Shown piece by piece: positions 10,439 to 18,482 of a stretch of 64,000 nucleotides of DNA. Source of the stretch: an uncultured Lachnospiraceae bacterium. Its GTDB lineage: Bacteria; Bacillota; Clostridia; Oscillospirales; CAG-272. A program made the translations under genes and the position numbers. The DNA lies in NCBI GenBank assembly GCA_964562175.1, contig CAZLRV010000010.1, positions 1,344 to 65,343 of the forward strand, read 5' to 3'. Under the pieces are notes generated by a model that ran no database searches, was not told the origin of the DNA, and saw nothing but the letters and a program-made list of their open reading frames with translations. Every line of letters starts with the position of its first letter. The stretch's first letter is position 1.

Positions 10439-11349
10439 TTTTTTCTTCTGATAAAAGCGATAACGGCAATAACGATTATTGCACACGCTACCGCAACAGC
10501 CGCTGCCGTGGCAACGGTTTTGGCAGAATCATTACCGTTCGCATTCTCTACGTCACTGTCGGAGGTCTCGCCGGACGTTTCCTCGTCCTGAGGTGCTTCC
10601 GTCGTTTCACTCGTATCGGTGTTTTCGGTATCTGTACCCGTTGGCGCACTCGCCTCAACGCCTACGACACAGACAGTGGGAACAAGCACTTGCGTATCGG
10701 ATACGGCACTTACGATATGCTCACCGCCGTTATCGAATTTAACGCTTACCTTACCCTGTGCATCGGTCTTGAACGACGTTTTTTGTCCGTCTATCGTTAT
10801 TGTGGCATCCGCAACGGGCGTTTTCGTTGCATTATAGTTTTCATCGTACACATTGTATGAAAGTGTCAACTCAAGCTCGCCGTCAGCCTTTACGGTAGCC
10901 ATGTCTTTGTCAAACCAACAATAAGTATCGGACCATGCATTAAGGTCGGAATATACGAATGCGTTTACGTGATCGCCCTCATTTACCGTATCCGCCAAGC
11001 TCATTGCGGCATTGTTATTTACGTAATAGCCGTAGCTTCCGCCGTTTTCAACGCCCCATAGCTTTGTGAGGCTCAGCCCCCACTCGGTCTTTGCGGTAGC
11101 GTAGCCGGTTGCCGCACCGCCGTCAAAAAACTTGTCGTGTGCCGCATACAGCACATCATTTACGGTAATTGCATTGTCCGAGTCCGTATCGGCTACATTT
11201 AGCTCTGCTCTGCTCAGTACCAAGCTGCCGGCGTTGGACAGTGTGACATAGACCTTTATACCGTCTGCCTCACCGTCGGCAAGCGATACGATACAAGTGC
11301 ATGACAATATCATCATCATGACAAGTGCGATTGAAAGAATTTTTTTCAT
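10435..11349 (-). CDS. DUF4430 domain surface protein with C-terminal membrane anchor
   Basis: Signal peptide followed by two DUF4430-like modules (...WGVENGGSYGYYVNNNAAMSLADTVNEGDHV...), an acidic Thr/Glu-rich linker and a C-terminal TM plus RRKK anchor. Confidence 0.6.
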   Translation of the reverse strand: MKKILSIALVMMMILSCTCIVSLADGEADGIKVYVTLSNAGSLVLSRAELNVADTDSDNAITVNDVLYAAHDKFFDGGAATGYATAKTEWGLSLTKLWGVENGGSYGYYVNNNAAMSLADTVNEGDHVNAFVYSDLNAWSDTYCWFDKDMATVKADGELELTLSYNVYDENYNATKTPVADATITIDGQKTSFKTDAQGKVSVKFDNGGEHIVSAVSDTQVLVPTVCVVGVEASAPTGTDTENTDTSETTEAPQDEETSGETSDSDVENANGNDSAKTVATAAAVAVACAIIVIAVIAFIRRKK

Positions 11350-11377
11350 TTTTTCCTCTTCTTTTTTTATTTATATC

Positions 11378-11917
11378 TTAATTGAAGATATACGTTCCGA
11401 AAAACGGCAAGATACCGTTCTTATAATCGTAGGTCATACCGCACACCTCGGCAAGTGCCTTAACGTGTATACAGTATGCCGACATACATGAATATCTCAG
11501 CTCGGGATATCTGCACCCCTGCCCGGTGGGCATAACGCACGGTTGGCATAAAACACAGCCGCTCGCCCCTATCATAAAGCCGTCGTGTCCACTTGCACGC
11601 AATTTTTTTATAACGGCAAACATCATGGCGTTATGTGTATTTCTTGCGTGCTTAAGCTTATCGTTATCGGATAGCTCCGGTACGTCCCATTCCGTTTTGA
11701 CAAACAGGGCTTTTTTGTATGACAATACCCTTTGCTTCATCTCCTCCGGTGTGCCGCAGGTCGGTGGGCATGAGTAATTTACGCCGTACTGACCGCACAG
11801 ATTTTCCTCACAATACGGGCGAAAGCGTTCGTCAAATACTATTTTATCCGTTTGCGTGACCTCGGCATTTGAAAAGCCTTCGTCAAGTGCAAGACTCACG
11901 ATATCCTCGTTATTCAC
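11378..11917 (-). CDS. DUF2284-like Cys-rich predicted metal-binding protein
   Basis: Cys pattern CEENLCGQYGVNYSCPPTCG ... CVLCQPC. Size 179 aa. Confidence 0.55.
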   Translation of the reverse strand: MNNEDIVSLALDEGFSNAEVTQTDKIVFDERFRPYCEENLCGQYGVNYSCPPTCGTPEEMKQRVLSYKKALFVKTEWDVPELSDNDKLKHARNTHNAMMFAVIKKLRASGHDGFMIGASGCVLCQPCVMPTGQGCRYPELRYSCMSAYCIHVKALAEVCGMTYDYKNGILPFFGTYIFN

Positions 11918-12197
11918 TTTTATCTGTGTCCGTCCTCTCTTTTTTCGCTTCTTTCATTGCCTTTATTCTGTTTTGCTTTGCTCTTATGCGTTTTTCTCTG
12001 TTCTTTTGCATTCTGTCGTCATCTCTCGACGGCTTTATACCGGCACTTTCGAGCGCTCTCGGCCATGGTCCCAAATGCGCCTTTATCGCAACGACTTCGC
12101 TCTGCGACATATCCGAGCGTTTGGGATAGCGTCCCAGGCACTCATACTTTTTTCGCAACAGCTCAATGCATTCACTTTCGGATATCGGTTGACACAC
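11910..12197 (-). CDS. small protein with one homing-endonuclease-associated-repeat-like (HNH_repeat-like) motif and a basic tail
   Basis: Collinear with the repeat consensus: LLRKKYECLGRYPKRSDMSQSEVVAIKAHLGPWPRALESAGIKP. I use the GTG at 12197, preceded by GGAGGA, instead of the track start at 12365, which lies inside the predicted riboswitch. Confidence 0.45.
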   Translation of the reverse strand: MCQPISESECIELLRKKYECLGRYPKRSDMSQSEVVAIKAHLGPWPRALESAGIKPSRDDDRMQKNREKRIRAKQNRIKAMKEAKKERTDTDKSE

Positions 12198-12332
12198 GGC
12201 TTCCTCCGCAAAAAAATAATACGCTTCTTTATCCTTTACAATAAAAGAGCGTAGCTTTACTTCCCGATAATAAACACTCTTATCGGGTATTCGGGCTACA
12301 CTTTTCATGTCCAAAAATGATGTTACACCATA

Positions 12333-12446
12333 CCGATACGGTGAGTATTCCGACTTAACGGGCAAATGCCCGAATTACGGTAATGACGGTTGCGACGGAT
12401 TTTCACCGAACTTCCCTCTGATCCGCTCTGTGCGGAACCATATCGG
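12333..12446 (-). promoter_or_regulatory. probable cobalamin (B12) riboswitch aptamer
   Basis: The minus-strand RNA reads CCGAUAUGG (P1 5') - UCCGC acag GCGGA hairpin - GGGAAguucGGUGAAAAUCCG - ...ACCGUAA - CGGGCA uu UGCCCG hairpin - AAGUCGGAAUAC (B12-box-like) - CCGUAUCGG (P1 3'). It sits just downstream of a sigma-A-type promoter and upstream of an ECF/DUF4430 operon. Confidence 0.6.
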
Positions 12447-12466
12447 CAAATATTCTGTTTTTATGT

Positions 12467-12495
12467 ATGATACCACTTTTTTTTCGTTTTGTCAA
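12467..12495 (-). promoter_or_regulatory. sigma-A-type promoter for the riboswitch/ECF operon
   Basis: TTGACA, 17 nt spacer, then TGgTATCAT (extended -10) on the minus strand. Confidence 0.6.
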
Positions 12496-12622
12496 TCGCT
12501 TTTGCCGATTTTTTTTCATTAAATGTATTATTTTACTTTAGATAGGCACTCTTTTTGCATTCGCAAATTGCGGTTGCAATGAAAAAAATCTCCGAAATAC
12601 ACAAATTTTATCAAAAAAGGGC

Positions 12623-12651
12623 TTGAAATTTGAGTTTTTTTATGGTATCAT
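12623..12651 (+). promoter_or_regulatory. sigma-A-type promoter for the XRE-cupin regulator gene
   Basis: TTGAAA, 17 nt spacer, then TGgTATCAT (extended -10). Confidence 0.55.
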
Positions 12652-12685
12652 GTACATATATAATGTGTCTTGGAGAATTAAATAA

Positions 12686-13261
12686 ATGGAAGAATGTAAC
12701 CTCAAACAAATAGGTGAGAGACTTAAGGACTTAAGAGAGATATTTTCTTACTCAACCGAATACACGGCAAAGGCTCTTGATGTGTCCGAGCAGATATATA
12801 TTGAAAGCGAGAACGGTGAACGCGATCTGCCGATTTCCTTTTTGCATAAGGCGGCTAAGCTGTTCGAGGTCGATATAACCGATATCATTCTCGGCGAAGC
12901 ACCGACGCTTTCGCTCTACCACGTTGCTCATCTTGACGACGGCTTGCCCGTCGAGCATAGAGAGGGCTTTGCGTACAGAAACATGGCGTATCTGTTCAAG
13001 GACCGCAGAGTTGAGCCGTTTATCGTAGTTGCTCCCTATTCCGAGGCGGCTCAGAACGCACCGATATCGCTCTCCGTTCACGACGGTCAGGAATTTGATC
13101 TGGTGCTTAAGGGCACGCTTAAAATGGTCGTAAATGAGAAAACGGAAATACTGCACGCAGGCGAGAGCATCTACTTAAATTCGAAATATCCGCACGGTAT
13201 GATCGCCGTTGACGGTGAGGACTGCGAATTTTTGGCTGTGGTCATTCCCGAAAACGCTTGA
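12686..13261 (+). CDS. XRE-family HTH transcriptional regulator with C-terminal cupin domain
   Basis: N-terminal HTH (IGERLKDLREIFSYSTEYTAKALDVSEQIYIESENG) and a C-terminal cupin beta-barrel (GESIYLNSKYPHG). Confidence 0.75.
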   Translation: MEECNLKQIGERLKDLREIFSYSTEYTAKALDVSEQIYIESENGERDLPISFLHKAAKLFEVDITDIILGEAPTLSLYHVAHLDDGLPVEHREGFAYRNMAYLFKDRRVEPFIVVAPYSEAAQNAPISLSVHDGQEFDLVLKGTLKMVVNEKTEILHAGESIYLNSKYPHGMIAVDGEDCEFLAVVIPENA

Positions 13262-13262
13262 T

Positions 13263-13985
13263 ATGCGATTTTTCGTATCAAACGAGTGCATTCACGGTGA
13301 TTCGATAGTTATCGGAGGCGAGGATGCACGCCACATCTCCTACTCGTTACGTTGCAGAGTCGGCGAGCTTCTGACCGTGTGCGGCGAGGGTGGGCTTGAA
13401 TATGCGTGTAAAATATCGGATATCACAAAGGACACCGTATTTCTCACCGTTACCGACGTTAAAAAAAGCGAGAACGAATCGGCTGTGAGAGTCCATCTGT
13501 TTCAAGCGATGCCGAAAGGTGAGAAAGCCGAGCTTATCGTGCAGAAGGCGGTCGAGCTTGGCGTATACGATATCACCTTTGTTCAAACCGAGCGGTGCAT
13601 AGTGAAGCTTGACGGAAAAAGTGCCGAGAGCAAGCGAACAAGATATGAAAAAATAGCGAAAGCGGCATCCGAGCAATGCGGGCGGGCAATGATACCGAAA
13701 ATCATAATGCCCGTTTCTTTTGAGAGTGCCCTGCACTCCCTCGGCAATGCGTGCAATATCTTTTGCTATGAGGGCGGGGGCACAGTATCGCTGAAAAAAG
13801 CTCTGAGGGAACGGGTGAGTGACGATATAAATGTTTTCATAGGTCCGGAGGGCGGTTGGTCGGAGACAGAATACGAGCTGTCGCTTGGCTTTTGTACTCC
13901 GGTAAATCTCGGAAAAAGGATATTAAGGTGTGAAACTTCTCCGCTTTTCGTTCTCTCATCGGTCGTTTACGAATGCGAACTGTGA
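13263..13985 (+). CDS. rsmE: 16S rRNA (uracil1498-N3)-methyltransferase
   Basis: MRFFV start, PUA-like N-terminus, SPOUT C-terminus with GPEGGWSETE. Start at the ATG at 13263 rather than the track start at 13209. Confidence 0.85.
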   Translation: MRFFVSNECIHGDSIVIGGEDARHISYSLRCRVGELLTVCGEGGLEYACKISDITKDTVFLTVTDVKKSENESAVRVHLFQAMPKGEKAELIVQKAVELGVYDITFVQTERCIVKLDGKSAESKRTRYEKIAKAASEQCGRAMIPKIIMPVSFESALHSLGNACNIFCYEGGGTVSLKKALRERVSDDINVFIGPEGGWSETEYELSLGFCTPVNLGKRILRCETSPLFVLSSVVYECEL

Positions 13986-14152
13986 ATTTTCCGTCAACCT
14001 GTCGTAAACATTGGCTTTTATTCACGATTTTTTTTGCAAAAACTATTGAATTTTGCCAAAAAGTAATGTAAAATATTGTTGAAATGTACTCGTACAGAGT
14101 CGATACGGCGCTGTACGCTGTACGCACGCAATGAAAGGGGCTGCGTAATCGT

Positions 14153-15238
14153 ATGTCAAACAGATTATTCCAAAGTATAATCCATCAAATGAAAGATGCT
14201 ATTGATAGAGGCATCGGCGTTATAGACGAAAACGGTGTCATTATATCCTGTTCGGAGCTGGGACGCATCGGAGAAACGAGGCTTGGCATACGCGAGGAGC
14301 TGTCATATTCAACCGACGTTATATTTTCGGGCGGCTACACGTACCGACCTCTCAGCATCGGTGCAAAGGCGGAGTACATAGTATTTGTCGAAGGTGACGA
14401 TAAGCTGGCTGAAAAGATCTCCGCATTGCTTGCCGTTTCACTCAACAACATAAAGACCTTGTATGACGAAAAATACGACAAGGCTTCGTTTATCAAAAAC
14501 ATAATTTTGGACAATATACTGCCGAGCGATATATATATCAAATCAAAGGAGCTTCATTTCGATGCCGACGCAATGCGCGCCGTCGTTTTGATAAAGTTCC
14601 ATAACCATACCGATACTCTGCCCTTGGATATTGTATCGAATCTTTTCCCCGACAAAAACAACGATTACGTTATAAGCGTCGGAGAGACCGATATCGTCCT
14701 TGTTCGCGAGATGCATCACTCCTACGAGTTGCCCGAAATAATGAAGACCTGCAAGACCATCGCCGACACGCTTTCGGCCGAGTTCTTCGCCAAGGTCTCC
14801 ATAGGTATAGGCACGCCCGCAGAGAGCATAAAGGATCTTGCCCGCTCTTTCAAGGAGGCGCAGGTGGCTCTTGAGGTCGGCAAGGTATTCGATACCGAAA
14901 AGAATATAATCGCTTACGAAAATTTGGGAATAGGCAGACTTATTTACCAACTTCCCACCACTCTGTGCGAAATGTTTTTGCAAGAGGTCTTCAAGCGCGG
15001 CTCGCTTGAGTCTCTCGACCAGGAAACACTGCTCACGATACAATGCTTCTTTGAAAACAATCTGAATGTTTCCGAGACCTCACGTAAGCTGTTCGTTCAC
15101 AGAAATACGCTCGTATACAGACTTGAAAAGATCAAAAAGATTACGGGACTTGACCTGCGTGAATTTGAGCATGCCATAACCTTCAAGGTTGCCTTGATGG
15201 TTAAAAAATATCTCACCTCCAAGCCTGTAAAATATTGA
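14153..15238 (+). CDS. PucR/CdaR-family transcriptional regulator
   Basis: C-terminal PucR HTH: NVSETSRKLFVHRNTLVYRLEKIKKITGLDLREFEH. Confidence 0.75.
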   Translation: MSNRLFQSIIHQMKDAIDRGIGVIDENGVIISCSELGRIGETRLGIREELSYSTDVIFSGGYTYRPLSIGAKAEYIVFVEGDDKLAEKISALLAVSLNNIKTLYDEKYDKASFIKNIILDNILPSDIYIKSKELHFDADAMRAVVLIKFHNHTDTLPLDIVSNLFPDKNNDYVISVGETDIVLVREMHHSYELPEIMKTCKTIADTLSAEFFAKVSIGIGTPAESIKDLARSFKEAQVALEVGKVFDTEKNIIAYENLGIGRLIYQLPTTLCEMFLQEVFKRGSLESLDQETLLTIQCFFENNLNVSETSRKLFVHRNTLVYRLEKIKKITGLDLREFEHAITFKVALMVKKYLTSKPVKY

Positions 15239-15271
15239 TCTTGACGCATCTCGGATGCGGAAAGGCTTAAA

Positions 15272-15949
15272 TTGATAGATTTCAAAAACGTGTCAATGGT
15301 GTATCCCAACGGCACCGTGGCACTGAAAAACATAAACCTTCATATCGACGACGGTGAATTTGTTTTCATCGTGGGAATCTCCGGTGCGGGCAAAACTACG
15401 CTTATGCGTCTATTGCTCAAGGAGGAGGTACCCACCGACGGCTCGGTCACCGTCGATCAATACGTATTAAACAAGCTTCCCACAAGGAAGATACCGTATT
15501 ACAGACGTAATATCGGCATGGTATTTCAGGATTTCAAGCTCTTTGAAAAAAGCACGGTCTACGAAAACGTCGCCTTTGCTCTGCGTGCCATCGGAAGAAC
15601 ACGCTCGGTAATACGCAAGCGTGTCCCCAAGCTGCTTTCCTTAGTCGGCTTGGAGGATAAGGAAGATAATTTCCCTCATCAGCTGTCCGGCGGTGAACAG
15701 CAGAGAGTCGCACTTGCCCGTGCAATCGCAAATAATCCCAAGATAGTCATAGCAGATGAGCCCACCTCAAGTGTCGATTACAAGCGCAGTCACGAAATAA
15801 TGGAGCTGCTTCTTGAATTTAACAAGAGCAAACGAACCGTTATAGTTATAACTCACGATCTTTCCTTTGTCAATTCGTACGGAAAGCGAGTTGTCGAGTT
15901 GAGAGACGGCGAGATAGTTTCGGACGAGATAAAGGGGGTGAGGGCGTGA
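15272..15949 (+). CDS. ftsE: cell division ATP-binding protein FtsE
   Basis: Walker A GISGAGKTT, signature LSGGEQQR, Walker B VIADEPT. Followed by ftsX with a 4-nt overlap. TTG start. Confidence 0.9.
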   Translation: MIDFKNVSMVYPNGTVALKNINLHIDDGEFVFIVGISGAGKTTLMRLLLKEEVPTDGSVTVDQYVLNKLPTRKIPYYRRNIGMVFQDFKLFEKSTVYENVAFALRAIGRTRSVIRKRVPKLLSLVGLEDKEDNFPHQLSGGEQQRVALARAIANNPKIVIADEPTSSVDYKRSHEIMELLLEFNKSKRTVIVITHDLSFVNSYGKRVVELRDGEIVSDEIKGVRA

Positions 15950-16848
15950 AATATTACAGTATTTCCTATATGCTTTCACGGAGCTTCAAGAGCTTTTTGC
16001 GAAATGGCTTTATGTCATTCGCCTCCGTGCTTATCTTGACCTCCTGCCTGTTTATAACCGGCTCCGTTGGTCTTTTGACGTATAATCTATATGTGAATCT
16101 TGAATCGCTTACCGAGCTGAACGAGATAGTTTGCGAGGTAAAGCTTGATGTTGACGACGATACCGCCGCAGGTCTTAAGGAACAGATCGAGGCACTTGAC
16201 AATGTTAAAGAAGTCGTTTTCGTAACAAAAGAGGAGGCAATGGAGCAGATGCGCCAACGCTACGCATCGCATCCCGAGGTCTTGGCTTTTTACGAGGAAA
16301 CGGGCGAAAATCCACTACCCTTCGTGTATAAGGTCACATACGAAAGCACCGATGAGGTTCTGACCTTAAAAAGCAATTTGGGCAAGATAGATGAGTTCGA
16401 GAGCATAACCGACCGACTTGAGATAACAAAGACAATAGAGAATATGAAGAATTCGATCACTCTCATTTTCATAGGTCTGTTGATAATACTTGTATTTACT
16501 TCAATAGTAATAATAATGAATGCGATACGCATGGCGATAAGCTCCCGCAGTAAGGAGATCACCGTTATGCGTTATGTCGGTGCGACAAGCTTTTTCATCT
16601 CCGCACCGTTCGTGCTTGAATCGATGATAATCGGGCTTATATCCACCGCAGTTGCGTATGCGATACAGTACGGTCTGTACTCTTATCTTTACAACGCCGT
16701 AAACAAGGATATGGGCATATCCGAGTTTATCAGAATAGCCCCGTTTTCAGACGTATGGCTCTATACCCTGCTTGCGTTCATTGCGATATCGTTTATCACC
16801 TGCTTTTCGGGCAGTAAAATATCGCTTGCCAAGCACATAAAGGTATGA
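15946..16848 (+). CDS. ftsX: cell division permease-like protein FtsX
   Basis: 300 aa: TM1, a large extracellular loop, then 3 C-terminal TM segments. Coupled to ftsE. Confidence 0.85.
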   Translation: MKYYSISYMLSRSFKSFLRNGFMSFASVLILTSCLFITGSVGLLTYNLYVNLESLTELNEIVCEVKLDVDDDTAAGLKEQIEALDNVKEVVFVTKEEAMEQMRQRYASHPEVLAFYEETGENPLPFVYKVTYESTDEVLTLKSNLGKIDEFESITDRLEITKTIENMKNSITLIFIGLLIILVFTSIVIIMNAIRMAISSRSKEITVMRYVGATSFFISAPFVLESMIIGLISTAVAYAIQYGLYSYLYNAVNKDMGISEFIRIAPFSDVWLYTLLAFIAISFITCFSGSKISLAKHIKV

Positions 16849-16890
16849 CCCACGTCCTACAAAAGGAAAGAATAGTAAAAGAATAATAAA

Positions 16891-18312
16891 ATGAACCAAA
16901 AAATCAAAAGAACAGTCGCCGCACTGCTTGCCGTCGTGACTCTTTCGGTAAGCGCGATAAGTGCCAACGCAAAAAGCTTTGAGGATAAGCTCAGCGAAGC
17001 TGAAAAAGAAATAGCGGCGGCGAGATCCGAAATAAATTCACTTGAGGACCGACTTAAAAAACAGGAAGCCGAAAAAAAGAAAAACGAGGCGGCAATAGCC
17101 GAGCTTGAAAAAGAAGGACAGCTGACCTTAGAGAAAAAACAGCTTTTGGACGAGGAGATGGAATATCTTCTGCGTGAGATCGAGATAACCGAGGATATCA
17201 TCTCGAATTACGAGGTTCAAATAACATACAAGAAGCAAGACATTGAAAAGACCGAAAAGGAGCTTGAAGAACAGCGCGAGCTTTTCTCCGAGCATTTCAG
17301 AAACGATTACATTCAAGGCTCAACAAAGCTCAAGTACATAGAATATCTTTTCTCCTCCGAGTCGATAGGAGATTTCATTTCAAACTTCAACTACGTTGCG
17401 AGCATGATGAATTACGAAAAGCATCTTGTAAACAAGATGGAAACACTTATCGTAAGTCTTCAGTCACAGCAAGACGAGCTTGAAAAAACGCTTGCCGAAC
17501 AGCAAGAATACGTTAAAACACTCGATGTCAAAAAAGGCGACGTTGAGGTGCTGAGCGAGCAAACGATAGCTTATATGCTTCAAATAGTCGAGGATGCCGA
17601 CAAGCTTGCCGAGTACAGCAAGGAGTTGGAGGACGGCGAGGCGGAGATCGAAGCTGAGATAGCGAAGCTTGAAAAAGAGCGTGACGAGCTTGTAAAGACA
17701 AAGGAAGACCTCATAAAAGAGGAAGAAGCGAGAAAAGAAGCCGAAAGAATTGCCGAAGAGGAACGCAAAAAGGCAGAGGAAGAAGCCAAGAAGAACGAGA
17801 TATTGAACAACAATACTTCCTCCGGCTCAACCTCAAGCATACCGTCCTCATCAAAGAACATAAGATTTGACAAGAACTCCGTCGGAGTATGGCAATGGCC
17901 CGTTGATTACACGAAATTCAAATGGACCGAGGATTTCGGATACAGAGTAGACCCGATCACCCATGAAAAAGGAAAATGGCACGGTGCGGTCGACCTCGCA
18001 CTCGGTGCGGGTAACAATATATACGCCGTGGATGCCGGCGTCGTGCTTATCGCAAAAAGCTCACGCTCATACGGTAATTACGTTGTAATACTTCATGACA
18101 ACGGAATGAAAACGCTGTATGCGCACGCCTCAAAGCTTCTCGTTTCCGAGGGAGACAGAGTTGCGCAGGGCAAGGTAATAGCTCTCGTCGGAACGACGGG
18201 CTATTCCACGGGCAACCACCTGCACTTTGTCGTATATAACAAATCCGGTGTTGCGGTTCATCCGTTTGACTACTTCCCCACTTTGAGTAAGGGACTCAAG
18301 CTGTATTTGTAA
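16891..18312 (+). CDS. coiled-coil M23-family peptidoglycan DD-metalloendopeptidase (EnvC/PcsB-like FtsEX partner)
   Basis: Signal peptide, about 300 aa of heptad-rich coiled coil, and a C-terminal LytM domain (HGAVDLA ... GNHLHF). Confidence 0.85.
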   Translation: MNQKIKRTVAALLAVVTLSVSAISANAKSFEDKLSEAEKEIAAARSEINSLEDRLKKQEAEKKKNEAAIAELEKEGQLTLEKKQLLDEEMEYLLREIEITEDIISNYEVQITYKKQDIEKTEKELEEQRELFSEHFRNDYIQGSTKLKYIEYLFSSESIGDFISNFNYVASMMNYEKHLVNKMETLIVSLQSQQDELEKTLAEQQEYVKTLDVKKGDVEVLSEQTIAYMLQIVEDADKLAEYSKELEDGEAEIEAEIAKLEKERDELVKTKEDLIKEEEARKEAERIAEEERKKAEEEAKKNEILNNNTSSGSTSSIPSSSKNIRFDKNSVGVWQWPVDYTKFKWTEDFGYRVDPITHEKGKWHGAVDLALGAGNNIYAVDAGVVLIAKSSRSYGNYVVILHDNGMKTLYAHASKLLVSEGDRVAQGKVIALVGTTGYSTGNHLHFVVYNKSGVAVHPFDYFPTLSKGLKLYL

Positions 18313-18482
18313 TTTGCGAATCCAATTCGTCAAATATATACAAATATTTCGCACCGCACGTGGTATGATATAATACGGTGATGCCACGCAAGGTGTCGCG
18401 GGCAGGAAGAGGATATGCTTAGGTATATCCTCCGACCTGCCCGACTTGCATATTAAAAGTGCGAAGAATTCGGAGGTTTTTA

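Noticed and set aside
12198-12365. N-terminal 56 codons of track ORF 11910..12365
   Set aside because: The ATG at 12365 sits inside the predicted cobalamin riboswitch (between the P6-like hairpin and the B12 box) and has no RBS. A GTG at 12197 with a GGAGGA RBS is more plausible.
16857-17873. Ser-rich minus-strand ORFs (16857..17201, 17580..17873)
   Set aside because: They are the reverse-complement reading of the Glu/Lys-rich coiled-coil region of the M23 peptidase gene (GAA/AAG repeats read as Ser/Phe/Leu codons). This is an artefact.
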